Both the position numbers and the translations under genes were made by a program. Below, piece after piece: positions 55,221-64,000 of a DNA stretch of 64,000 nucleotides (within the stretch, counting starts at the first letter, position 1; each line of letters starts with the position of its first letter). This stretch comes from a virus. The stretch is from IMG/VR virus record IMGVR_UViG_3300021091_000012; one strand, given 5' to 3'. The notes beneath the pieces were generated by a model, which was not told the DNA's origin, did not search any database, and was given only the letters and a program-made list of their open reading frames with translations.

Positions 55221-55601
55221 TTATCGCGACAGCTCTTGTATTTTTATTAACCTGCAGTTAAATTCTGAATCTGACAATAAAAGCGTATCTTGGTAGTTAC
55301 TCCAATCAACCCTAAAAGTCTTATCCAGAACTCCATTGTTAAGGGATTGTATTAAGCTGTTGAGAGCATTAATACTATAAAACGTATTTGTTTCTTTTTT
55401 TCTATTAATAGAGATTGTATCTTTCATTCTTCTACCATCACCAGATACATTGTAAATGCACACTACATTACTGGGTGTCTCAGTGTATGAATAACACTTC
55501 ATGTTAGATATATTATCTGTTGTGTAGGTTTTATAAACTTCACCTATACATAAGGCTAATTTGTCTAAATAAGTAAATGTGCATAGTAGCTGTGGCTTCA
55601 T
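55221..55601 (-). CDS. conserved phage hypothetical protein
   Basis: QLLCTF, RKKETNTFYSINALN. Confidence 0.75.
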   Translation of the reverse strand: MKPQLLCTFTYLDKLALCIGEVYKTYTTDNISNMKCYSYTETPSNVVCIYNVSGDGRRMKDTISINRKKETNTFYSINALNSLIQSLNNGVLDKTFRVDWSNYQDTLLLSDSEFNCRLIKIQELSR

Positions 55602-55602
55602 A

Positions 55603-55836
55603 CTACTTCTTCTCTATTGCGTCAATCTGCTGTTTTAGTTTGGCAATGTCCCCATCCATCTTAGCTGCTTGTTTTTCTTTATCTGCCTTTTGCTGCTTCA
55701 GTGCTGATGCCTTTTGATCATCTTGAGCATTTGCTGTTGATTCAAGCTCTTTTAAAGTTTTTCTACGTTTAAATTTAATTTTATTCTCACGTAAATAAGA
55801 TTCGATCTCTGCTCTAATAAATTGTTTTAGTCCCAT
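55603..55836 (-). CDS. small coiled-coil protein
   Basis: Behind a TATTTATA motif. Confidence 0.65.
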   Translation of the reverse strand: MGLKQFIRAEIESYLRENKIKFKRRKTLKELESTANAQDDQKASALKQQKADKEKQAAKMDGDIAKLKQQIDAIEKK

Positions 55837-55853
55837 TGTACGGATAAGTTTAT

Positions 55854-55861
55854 TATAAATA
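55854..55861 (-). promoter_or_regulatory. TATTTATA motif (putative late promoter)
   Basis: 17 nt upstream of ATG 55836. Confidence 0.55.
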
Positions 55862-55870
55862 GTCTACTTA

Positions 55871-57175
55871 TTAACAAAGTTTCATTTCTGAGTAATTTGA
55901 TCCCTTCTTTAACTTTACTGGGAATTTATCCAGGTCTATGTTTTGCGGAATTACCTCTTGCAATAGATAATCTAACTCATTAGACGGTACATCAAATAAT
56001 ATACTATCGTATGTGTATAATATTGGGACAGCTTTTTTTGTTTGTAAACAATCCAAGATAGGTTGTAGCGTAATCACATTAAATTCAGTTTCATACATCT
56101 GCAAAAAATAATTGAAAAGAGTGTATAAACTTATATCTTGATAGTTTGCTATCATAAGTTTTCTACCTGATATGGGGCTTTCAACGTATCCATACTGCGT
56201 AGCATAAGACCATAGCTGCTCTGCTAAATCTTTTGCTGCTTTGAAAAAAGGCACATGCAGATATTGCTTACTAATACCTCCATATATTTGTCTAAACGTA
56301 GATTCTTTTGCTTGTATGATTTGAGTTTTTGTAGGTGCTGGTGTGTTGTGGTAATGCTTTGCTAGATGTTCGTATACATCTTCCTTTCCAAAATCATAAC
56401 CCATTAAAGATGCAATAAGTCTAGGGTGGTAGGAGTTAAAATCTAATTCTACTAAACAACCATCATCAAATCTACTAACAAAGCAATCTCGTGAACCATC
56501 ATCCTTATTGAGAGCTGCAAAGTTGATTCCACCAAACCTATTACTAGGTCGGCCTGTAGTTGTGTAGTAATTATATTGTGTGTAGCTTTTGGTATTATTG
56601 ACCGAAAACGACTGACCAAAAGCTTTAGTAAAATAGTCTATGTTAATTTGCAATCCATTTTTTTCTATGTTGTAGAATAAGGAAAGAAGTTGGTTTTGAT
56701 AAAAATCCAGACCGGGCTGCTTGTCTGCTAGATAAATTCTCTGAAACAGCTCATAGGCAATATGCTCATGCTTAGGTAAACTGACTAACGATCCAAGAAC
56801 ACTACAATCTGATATATATCGAGCATAGTGGTTAAGTATTCCTGGTGTTTCAAAATTACACGGTTGATTAAGTTTCAAATAATACTGCAACTGAGCATCT
56901 ACAAAATTAGATGTATCATAACCTGCATACTTTAGTAATATGGTATCATAGCTGTATACGTTGCATTTATATAAAAAGTTAAAGTTATTAACTTTGAAAA
57001 CACCATCTGGATGTGTCCTGCTTATAGAATAAGTTTTGTGTGTATTAACATCGACCATAACTAACGCTACAACCTCACTCACTACTCGATGTCTACGACT
57101 ATCTTGCAATACTGGATAAACGAATAAAGTTTTTCCAGACAAAGACTCAAGTTGATGTATGTTATCTATAACCAT
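55871..57175 (-). CDS. divergent, compact family A polymerase-like protein
   Basis: TTTGRPSN; motif A LDFNSYHPR; motif B AKESTFRQIYGG; NYFLQ; motif C YTYDSILFD; N-domain lacks clear exonuclease acidic residues. Confidence 0.85.
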   Translation of the reverse strand: MVIDNIHQLESLSGKTLFVYPVLQDSRRHRVVSEVVALVMVDVNTHKTYSISRTHPDGVFKVNNFNFLYKCNVYSYDTILLKYAGYDTSNFVDAQLQYYLKLNQPCNFETPGILNHYARYISDCSVLGSLVSLPKHEHIAYELFQRIYLADKQPGLDFYQNQLLSLFYNIEKNGLQINIDYFTKAFGQSFSVNNTKSYTQYNYYTTTGRPSNRFGGINFAALNKDDGSRDCFVSRFDDGCLVELDFNSYHPRLIASLMGYDFGKEDVYEHLAKHYHNTPAPTKTQIIQAKESTFRQIYGGISKQYLHVPFFKAAKDLAEQLWSYATQYGYVESPISGRKLMIANYQDISLYTLFNYFLQMYETEFNVITLQPILDCLQTKKAVPILYTYDSILFDVPSNELDYLLQEVIPQNIDLDKFPVKLKKGSNYSEMKLC

Positions 57176-57204
57176 ACATCTAATATACAAAATTTATTTA
57201 GATT

Positions 57205-57885
57205 TTAAAGCCCATTAAATCCAGCAAATCGACCAAACTCTGTAAAACTTTTAACTGCAAACAATATGCCAGGAATTTTTGCTTGAGCTTTGAACAACGC
57301 TAGTTCGTTTTGTTGGGCTATGTAGTCGTAAGGTCCAACTAGTTTCCATGTTACTTTTGCATAAGAATATATCAATGGGTCTATTCCTGTAACCTGACCT
57401 ATCAACTCCCACTGACTACCATCTATTTCAATTGGATAGCTTTCGATTGTGTTTCGTTTTTCAACAAAATACCTTTCATCTTCTCCAACATCAAATGCTG
57501 CATCCTTAGGTTTGTAATTATACAATCTTGGTTCTGAGTATTGAAGTTGTTTGATTTCAAACTTTTTAATAAACTCATAATCGTATTGACTTTTGATAGG
57601 ATATACTCTTCGTAGTACTTTGTTTGTATTGTAAAATTTTTCTGAGTAAATTTTTTGTCCTGTTATAATAGTGGGATCTCCAATGGTATTAATGTTATCT
57701 TGTGGCTTGAGTGGTGTTGGACCAGTCCAAGCTAATCCGTCCTTTAAATGGTACTCTCCTATATAATCCTTACCATCTAAAGTAAATTCACCACCTTTTG
57801 TGTACTTATGTGTTTGTGTCCTGCTTCGTGGTGAATAACCACTTATGCTACCTTTACGATTCTTTTTTTTTAACCTCTTACCCAT
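57205..57885 (-). CDS. hypothetical protein (tail/baseplate region)
   Basis: YTKGGEF...YIGEYH; TAATG-coupled to the upstream structural gene. Confidence 0.7.
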   Translation of the reverse strand: MGKRLKKKNRKGSISGYSPRSRTQTHKYTKGGEFTLDGKDYIGEYHLKDGLAWTGPTPLKPQDNINTIGDPTIITGQKIYSEKFYNTNKVLRRVYPIKSQYDYEFIKKFEIKQLQYSEPRLYNYKPKDAAFDVGEDERYFVEKRNTIESYPIEIDGSQWELIGQVTGIDPLIYSYAKVTWKLVGPYDYIAQQNELALFKAQAKIPGILFAVKSFTEFGRFAGFNGL

Positions 57886-59813
57886 TACTGCGATTTTTTA
57901 TATCGTGCCACTGTATTTACAGATGTTGACCAGTCTTGAGCTGTAACACTATGCTCTACCGCTGTGATTTGAAAATCAAAACTATTTGCAACAGACGATG
58001 GTATTCTGTCCGAGGAAATTATTTGCCCAAACGCAAAGCCACCTATACCATCTACAGTGAAACCGAAATCAAAAGGCAACGGCAATCCTTTACATTTGTC
58101 TTCCTCAACACCATTTACTGCCTCGGTAATAGCTGTGATTGCTGCTGCTGTGGTTGAATTATCCACAACACCATACATTTCTTCAAAGATTTCATCCATA
58201 CTTTTTTCTTCACTTTCCACTGACGATGGTGCTTCCTTACATTTACATGGAGGCGGAGTCTCAGCTTTGGGCCTGCAAGCATCTGTGACAGATGCACCAG
58301 TGCCAAAAGCCCTAAATGGTATTCCCTTACATTTAGTACCCTTTCCTACTCCTTTTGCTCCGTTTGCATATAGAGCTTGGGATTTCATTGCTCCAGTCAG
58401 TTTCATGTCTAGTTTGAGGTCGCGAATTACTGAGTTGTTGGCGAGACTCGGAACCTTAAAGGTCGATCCGGGTTCATACTTTCTAACATCAATTAGCGAT
58501 ATGGTTGGTACACTGTTTGGATTCTCGCAGTCTTCTGTTGTTGATACAATCTCAAGCATTCCGTCCCAATAACCTCCACACGCATTATTTACTTTTTTAA
58601 GTACGTTTCTTAAAAATGTACTTATCTTATTATCACCATCCTCTACAGCCTTAAGCTCTACCATTAAAAATATACAATTCAATAGAATAGAACTTCCGAA
58701 TTCAATCTCAGTCGCATCCCACATTGATCCTGGATCGTTTTGATCCCATACAAAATCACCTTCACTAATAGCTGCTTCTAATCTTGGAGATCCTGGAATA
58801 ATACATATCCGCGGATCACCTGACTCTAGGTCGGGGTGCGATGGTACATACACATCAGTACTCATTACCCTTCCAATTGTATATTTTCCACCATTAGATG
58901 GTATAGAAAGTGTGTTTATTGCTGCTTCCAACGCACTCCACGAAACATAACCTTCATGCGCATCGTAGTTTGGATTCATAGAACTTTGGCTTGACCCACC
59001 ATCCTGGTTTCGGTCTTCTCCTTCATAACTTGCAGCTGAAACAATAATATCTCTTTCGCTTCCTCCTGACACTTGACCTCCTAAATATACGCAATCCTCT
59101 TCAGCTTGTGCTTGTGAATTTATATCAAATAACCAAGTATATAGTAAACTTCTTTTTGCTGTTACTTCTTCACCTTCATTGTCTTCAAACACCCGAGCAC
59201 AGTTGCAATCTCCTGTCACAGCAACCTCACGATCACCTACAGACTCAGTAGCAGCTACAATTTCTATACTACAATCCCAATAACCATCATTAGCAAGTTT
59301 ATATCCAAAATTAGTTACTAACCCTTGTAGCCCATCCATACATGGAAAACTTGCTGCCCGTTTTTGAATCAAACATATAGCCTTACCATCATCCATTGGG
59401 CCAGTTACCGGTGACGGTGCAGTTGCTCCAGTGGCCGATACTGACCAACCAAACTGAACTCGAACAGTCATTCCTGATATAAAGTAGCACTTTTGTAACT
59501 CTACAAGCTGACTATCAGTAAATGCTCTCAGGCTCACTGTGGCTGATCTTGTGGTTCCTAATTCCCCTTGTTTTTTGACTTGAACTTCTGTGATTACAGG
59601 CTTTGTTCGCACAAAACCAGCTTCATATCTTGGGTCCGTGAGCTTACTAGATAGTTGTGAGTATTCTCCACAACTACTAGCAAAAGCACTCAAATGCACC
59701 CATGGGAAGCGTTTTGCTGCCCATTCAGCTCCCTTATTTGTACTTCTCGCTTGAAGTTCTGCTGATACAGTTCCTGGAACGTTTTTAGCTCCGAATGGGT
59801 TCTCGCCAGCCAT
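57885..59813 (-). CDS. putative baseplate hub/tail protein
   Basis: Position after the LysM-like gene; C-terminal GIGGFAFG...FQITAVEHSV...WST pattern of hub-like proteins. Confidence 0.6.
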   Translation of the reverse strand: MAGENPFGAKNVPGTVSAELQARSTNKGAEWAAKRFPWVHLSAFASSCGEYSQLSSKLTDPRYEAGFVRTKPVITEVQVKKQGELGTTRSATVSLRAFTDSQLVELQKCYFISGMTVRVQFGWSVSATGATAPSPVTGPMDDGKAICLIQKRAASFPCMDGLQGLVTNFGYKLANDGYWDCSIEIVAATESVGDREVAVTGDCNCARVFEDNEGEEVTAKRSLLYTWLFDINSQAQAEEDCVYLGGQVSGGSERDIIVSAASYEGEDRNQDGGSSQSSMNPNYDAHEGYVSWSALEAAINTLSIPSNGGKYTIGRVMSTDVYVPSHPDLESGDPRICIIPGSPRLEAAISEGDFVWDQNDPGSMWDATEIEFGSSILLNCIFLMVELKAVEDGDNKISTFLRNVLKKVNNACGGYWDGMLEIVSTTEDCENPNSVPTISLIDVRKYEPGSTFKVPSLANNSVIRDLKLDMKLTGAMKSQALYANGAKGVGKGTKCKGIPFRAFGTGASVTDACRPKAETPPPCKCKEAPSSVESEEKSMDEIFEEMYGVVDNSTTAAAITAITEAVNGVEEDKCKGLPLPFDFGFTVDGIGGFAFGQIISSDRIPSSVANSFDFQITAVEHSVTAQDWSTSVNTVARYKKSQ

Positions 59814-59816
59814 AAC

Positions 59817-60113
59817 TTATTCATTTAATAGTTGATACTCTGATAAAATGTTAGAATAATCCTGAGGTATTCTAAGTAGTGTTCCTGGAGGGATGGCAAA
59901 GGTACCCTTACCAATTCCATTTGCTTCTGCTATTAGCCACCATAAACTAACATCCCCATAGTATTGATGTGCTATTAGTTCGACGCGGTCTTGCGGAGCA
60001 GTTCTAATGTAAATATCAGATTCTTTTCTTGGAATAGGTGGATAAAGTACTGACCTAATAACTCGTTTTCCGTCTTCTGACTTTTTTTGTGGTATGTTTT
60101 CGTATCTATTCAT
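59817..60113 (-). CDS. LysM/tail-X-like baseplate protein
   Basis: DRVELIAHQYYGDVSLWWLIAEAN...PGTLLRIP. Confidence 0.8.
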   Translation of the reverse strand: MNRYENIPQKKSEDGKRVIRSVLYPPIPRKESDIYIRTAPQDRVELIAHQYYGDVSLWWLIAEANGIGKGTFAIPPGTLLRIPQDYSNILSEYQLLNE

Positions 60114-60126
60114 ATTTTACTTTATA

Positions 60127-60134
60127 TATAAATA
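60127..60134 (-). promoter_or_regulatory. TATTTATA motif (putative late promoter)
   Basis: 13 nt upstream of the baseplate gene ATG. Confidence 0.6.
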
Positions 60135-60192
60135 CTACATTAGTGTTCCAATCAAACTTTTGTGGTAGCACTGGTTATATTTGCGACCGTTA

Positions 60193-62103
60193 TTATCCGT
60201 AATAAGTATTTGACTTTGCATTGAATAGCTGCCCTTTGTTATCTGTTAGCATTGCAAGGTCTAACGATATATCTGCTATCATTGGGTGTCCTGAGAGATC
60301 CCAGGTATACTCTGCTGGATTAGTATCTATCTTAAGCGATGTACATACGCATGTTACGTTCCTAAACAAGCCACCAACTGTTAGTTTTACTATTGGACCT
60401 TTTACATAATTTCCAGCTGGCTCACCTACTGCGGTTACCTTAATAAGCTTATCAAGTTTTGTCCACATACCTTGTGCTCCTCCACTCCAAGCTACAACCT
60501 TAAATCCCATACTAACACTTCTGGTTACTCCTTTAAAGTTTTTAAACGTATCTTGACGACCTATAAAGTTTTGATCGCTCCAACTTGGACTCCAGCTATC
60601 GCTCAATGATGTGAGTAATGCTGGAAAGGTAACACCACTGATTTTTAGTTCGATAAAATCTCTTCCAATATTATAGTGTGGTGTTGGCGGTTGTCCTGAT
60701 TCTCTAAAGCTACCAGCACGCCTAATTCTACCCGTTGTTGGTGACGGTCTTGTGTTTCCGGAAACCCCAGTACCTTGTCGTCTACCTGCTCTCTGGTATT
60801 GAAAACTCTGAATACTTCTTAGTAACTCTTCTGTAGTTGGAAACCGTGTTGCTGGTGGTTGGTTTTGTTGAAAGTAATTTTCACCTTGCACTGTCTCCAA
60901 CTTCTGACCATCAAAATTTTTATTCTGAAAGTTCTTTATTGGTAAAATTTGACTGCTTTCAGTACCTTCTGGACTAATTCCTTGCAATCCTTGAATAAAC
61001 TGTACAAAGCTATTGTCACCAAAATTAGTGCGCTGAATGTTGATTGTGCCGTGGTTAAATATTATTTGACCAAAGTCTGGTCTCTGTAAAAATACAGTGC
61101 CGTGCTTAACTCTTGGTAGTAATATTGATAATGAACGATCACTAAAATATTGTGCTTTATTTGGTTCTTGAGTTGGCTTTGATACGATTCCTGGTAATGT
61201 TATGGTTGTAATGCTGACAGCGGTACCTGCGTTGTTAATTAATACCCCCTGCATTAGGGTTATTACGTTTGAAGACTTAGCTGCAAATGCCTTTTGTCCA
61301 CCTTGAGCAACTACTTCAACTGCATCTTCTATATTTGTTTGTGATATAAACTCCCCGTTTCTAAAAAACGTTCCTTGTAGTGTGAGTATAATTGACTGTC
61401 CTGTTGCCTCTTGAGTTTGCGTTTGAGATATGAACGCTCCGTTTGTAAAAAATGTTCCTTGTAATGTTAGGACGTTTTGTGTTGGAGTCTTGGGGTCAAT
61501 TAAAGATATAAATTGACCATTTGTTAGTTTTACACCATGAAATATGATTGGATCAAAATTGTAAGGCAGTATATTTTGACCGTCCCGATTTGAATTAGTT
61601 ATAAACTTATTAACTTTTGTTATAGAGGTATGATTAAATATCCCAAATTTGGTTATTGTAATGTAGTCTGTATAAAAGTCGGATAAGAAAAAATGAGGTA
61701 AGTGTCTAGTTGACTTTGCAATATTTGGTTGTGCTAATCTATTTTCAAGATTTATAACTGATGCAAAGTTTTCATTAGGCTTGGGTAATAAAAACGATAC
61801 CAACGGCTTTGTTGCAAACGCACTTGGTTCTATTAGTTTTTGGTTTGATCGAGGCCCTCTAATTATTTTGAGAATTTCTATATTACGTTTTACCTGATCT
61901 TGAAGCTTTTTTAGTTCAACTATCTGAGGCGGTGGGGTTGGTGTTGATAGTTTTAATTCTTCGGCTTGAGCTGCTTTTGGTGGATGCGGCAAATCTGTTC
62001 CACTTGGAGCTCCTGGTACTGCCTTTCCTTTGAGCTCTGATACCTCGTCGTATGTGCTAGCTTTAAGTCTATCAACCAAACTTATAGTTTTGAATGGCTT
62101 CAT
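60193..62103 (-). CDS. putative tail/baseplate protein (tube-initiator-like C-terminus)
   Basis: C-terminal FPALLTSLSDSWSPSW...IGR...RSVSMGFKV...LTVG; follows the tape measure gene. Confidence 0.6.
   Translation of the reverse strand: MKPFKTISLVDRLKASTYDEVSELKGKAVPGAPSGTDLPHPPKAAQAEELKLSTPTPPPQIVELKKLQDQVKRNIEILKIIRGPRSNQKLIEPSAFATKPLVSFLLPKPNENFASVINLENRLAQPNIAKSTRHLPHFFLSDFYTDYITITKFGIFNHTSITKVNKFITNSNRDGQNILPYNFDPIIFHGVKLTNGQFISLIDPKTPTQNVLTLQGTFFTNGAFISQTQTQEATGQSIILTLQGTFFRNGEFISQTNIEDAVEVVAQGGQKAFAAKSSNVITLMQGVLINNAGTAVSITTITLPGIVSKPTQEPNKAQYFSDRSLSILLPRVKHGTVFLQRPDFGQIIFNHGTINIQRTNFGDNSFVQFIQGLQGISPEGTESSQILPIKNFQNKNFDGQKLETVQGENYFQQNQPPATRFPTTEELLRSIQSFQYQRAGRRQGTGVSGNTRPSPTTGRIRRAGSFRESGQPPTPHYNIGRDFIELKISGVTFPALLTSLSDSWSPSWSDQNFIGRQDTFKNFKGVTRSVSMGFKVVAWSGGAQGMWTKLDKLIKVTAVGEPAGNYVKGPIVKLTVGGLFRNVTCVCTSLKIDTNPAEYTWDLSGHPMIADISLDLAMLTDNKGQLFNAKSNTYYG
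61337..61470. repeat. imperfect tandem repeat with 84-nt period inside the CDS
   Basis: LTLQGTFFTNGAFISQT / LTLQGTFFRNGEFISQT. Confidence 0.7.
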
Positions 62104-62104
62104 G

Positions 62105-64000
62105 CTATCTCACATTTGATGTATTCATTCCCAGACGAAGCACTTCGCCAACTTTTTTGCCATCCAGCTTAACTTCACCACCCGATGAAGCAACTGCAAT
62201 GAGTGCATCTAACCTTTCTACAACCTTGTCTATCTTTTCGCTTTGTTCTCTCTCTACACTACTACCACCACCTAAATCATAGCTAATAGATTCACCTAGT
62301 GCTATCAATATTGGTGCTACCAACGATAGTGCAATCAATCCTGCTATTGTTGGTAGTGTAAATAAACCTGCTGTAGCAAATGCTATAAGTCCAGCTCCCA
62401 TTGCACTAAAGGCTGCCGCTAGTTCCCAGAACATTGGAGCCATTGATGCTAGTGCAATTAGTACTTCAACGTGAGGAGTTGCCAACATACCAGCTGCTGC
62501 TACCACTGCCAAACCTGCCCCTAGTACAATTAATGCGGCGCCTCCTAATAAGATGCCAGGAGCTGCAATAAGTGATGAGACTCCTAATGAGATCATTCCA
62601 AGCCCAAGTACTACTAAGCTAGCTCCAAGTACTACTAGATCTAGTGCCATTGGCACCAACTCTACTAGGGTTGGTACAAATAATGCAAACCCTTTTGCAA
62701 TTTCTTGAATAGCTAATCCTAATACATATAAAGCTGCAGCCATGATTAGCATAGCAGCTGCTCCTGCCAGAATAGCTAACGCTCCAACTCCACTCATCAT
62801 AATCAGACCAATCAACGCTAAGGCACCCACTAAGGCTAGCATTGCTACAATTGCTTTACCAATAGCTCCCCACGATACAGACATAAACTCTTGCGCTGCT
62901 TTTGCAAATACAAACACGGCTGCTGCCACTAGTACCAATGCCGCCGCTCCGGCAAGTAGTTTTCCTGGATTGATCTTCTCGATTGCTTTTGTCAATCCAC
63001 CCGTACTTTTACCTGCACCTGCTGGAACTTTTGAGGCAGCTCCTGCTGCTCCTGACATAGCCTCTGCTCCTTTGGAAGCTGCTCCTGCTGCTGCTCCAGC
63101 AACACCTCCTCCCATTCCTAATGCTGATTGTGCTTTTTTCCATAGCATGTGAGCTTTTTCAGCAGCCCACTGAGCTTTTTCTTTAATCCACAATCCCATC
63201 TTAGTTTGACCTAGTGTATTTTCTAGAAACAAACGAGCTTGCGTTATTCCAAGTCCAACTAACGCTAATGCATTTTTACCCTGCTCTATTACAAAGTCTT
63301 TAATGTTTGCAAGTAGTTTTGAGTTCATTAAAGTGTTAATAAAGGCTAACACTCCTTTATATGCCATTGCTAATCCATTTTGCAGTTTTTGCAGTATTCC
63401 AAATTGAGACATGAACTGAATCGATGTCATCAACAACATACCATTCTCCTTGAAGAAACCAACAGCAGCACCGCCGTACTGCATCATATAGCCCATTGCA
63501 TTCATTGCTAGGCTGGATCCTTCTCCAAAATACTTGTTTTGTTCTTCTTGAGCATCAATAGATTTAGCCAACTCCTCTACTGTCATTCCAGCGGCTTCGG
63601 CCAATGCTTTCTTTTGAAGAACATTCATCTTATCAAACTCAGCAGAACCTCCTATGTTTTTAAGAACCTCTGCTGTTGATCCCTCAAGATCACCATTCAA
63701 AGCTAACTCACGTGCTTTGTCTAGGTTTATTTCTTTACCCAGTAATACAGATGCTTCCATCTGCTTGTTGATACTATTTTCAAAATCCAATAAACCATCA
63801 GCCATCTTAGCAGCAGTAGCAATCTCGACTCCCATCTTGTGAAGAGCAATTGCTGATTTACCAAAAGCCTCAGCACCGCCTTTACTATATAGTGCCATGG
63901 CTCCTGAGTTCTTGGCCATATCCTTCATTATCTTGCCTGGGGCGATTCCTTGCATTTTTGCCATGGCGCCTACATGCTCCATAGCGTTTGCAGCTGATTC
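62105..64000 (-). CDS. tail tape measure protein (5'-truncated)
   Basis: Long helical Ala/Gly/Leu-rich repeats; SINKQMEASVLLGKEINLDKARELAL; ends VKLDGKKVG; frame stays open past 63982. Confidence 0.85.
   Translation of the reverse strand, partial: ESAANAMEHVGAMAKMQGIAPGKIMKDMAKNSGAMALYSKGGAEAFGKSAIALHKMGVEIATAAKMADGLLDFENSINKQMEASVLLGKEINLDKARELALNGDLEGSTAEVLKNIGGSAEFDKMNVLQKKALAEAAGMTVEELAKSIDAQEEQNKYFGEGSSLAMNAMGYMMQYGGAAVGFFKENGMLLMTSIQFMSQFGILQKLQNGLAMAYKGVLAFINTLMNSKLLANIKDFVIEQGKNALALVGLGITQARLFLENTLGQTKMGLWIKEKAQWAAEKAHMLWKKAQSALGMGGGVAGAAAGAASKGAEAMSGAAGAASKVPAGAGKSTGGLTKAIEKINPGKLLAGAAALVLVAAAVFVFAKAAQEFMSVSWGAIGKAIVAMLALVGALALIGLIMMSGVGALAILAGAAAMLIMAAALYVLGLAIQEIAKGFALFVPTLVELVPMALDLVVLGASLVVLGLGMISLGVSSLIAAPGILLGGAALIVLGAGLAVVAAAGMLATPHVEVLIALASMAPMFWELAAAFSAMGAGLIAFATAGLFTLPTIAGLIALSLVAPILIALGESISYDLGGGSSVEREQSEKIDKVVERLDALIAVASSGGEVKLDGKKVGEVLRLGMNTSNVR

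Noticed and set aside
293-63842. All plus-strand ORFs in the track
   Set aside because: Short antisense shadows of well-supported minus-strand genes, with no recognisable motifs
1-64000. Stop-codon reassignment
   Set aside because: Conserved genes are full length in code 11, TAA, TAG and TGA all terminate genes, and no suppressor tRNA was seen

Overview
64 kb segment of a large lytic tailed dsDNA phage (myovirus/jumbo-like), most likely infecting a Bacteroidota host. Host evidence: a DUF4494 gene, a Bacteroidota-type ClpS, TTG-N20-TAnnTT promoters, and a near-absence of Shine-Dalgarno sites. Essentially all real genes lie on the minus strand in the standard code. In window coordinates: thyA and small accessory/membrane genes; a P-loop kinase-HAD nucleotidase fusion; a lytic transglycosylase; two tRNAs plus an aberrant tRNA-like RNA; host-takeover and repair genes (DksA/TraR-type Zn finger, UvsE, ClpS, HNH); an ~18.5 kb glycan island (about 8 glycosyltransferases plus nucleotide-sugar enzymes); an M15 peptidase and a PD-(D/E)XK nuclease; GroEL/GroES/Hsp20; a family A DNA polymerase; a 7-deazaguanine DNA-modification cluster without QueC (DpdA-like, FolE2, NMP kinase, DpdL-like, Dcd/Dut, QueE, QueD); class II RNR, helicase, 5'-3' exonuclease, RecA and SSB; a second divergent PolA-like protein; and baseplate/tape-measure genes running off the right edge. 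The most interesting items are the deazaguanine operon with an embedded nucleotide kinase, the second PolA lacking the steric-gate Glu, a shared N-terminal 'KLKxILNE' peptide on genes behind a putative late promoter, the glycan island, and the tRNA-like RNA with a 51-nt anticodon insert. All product calls come from manual motif recognition; no database searches were run.
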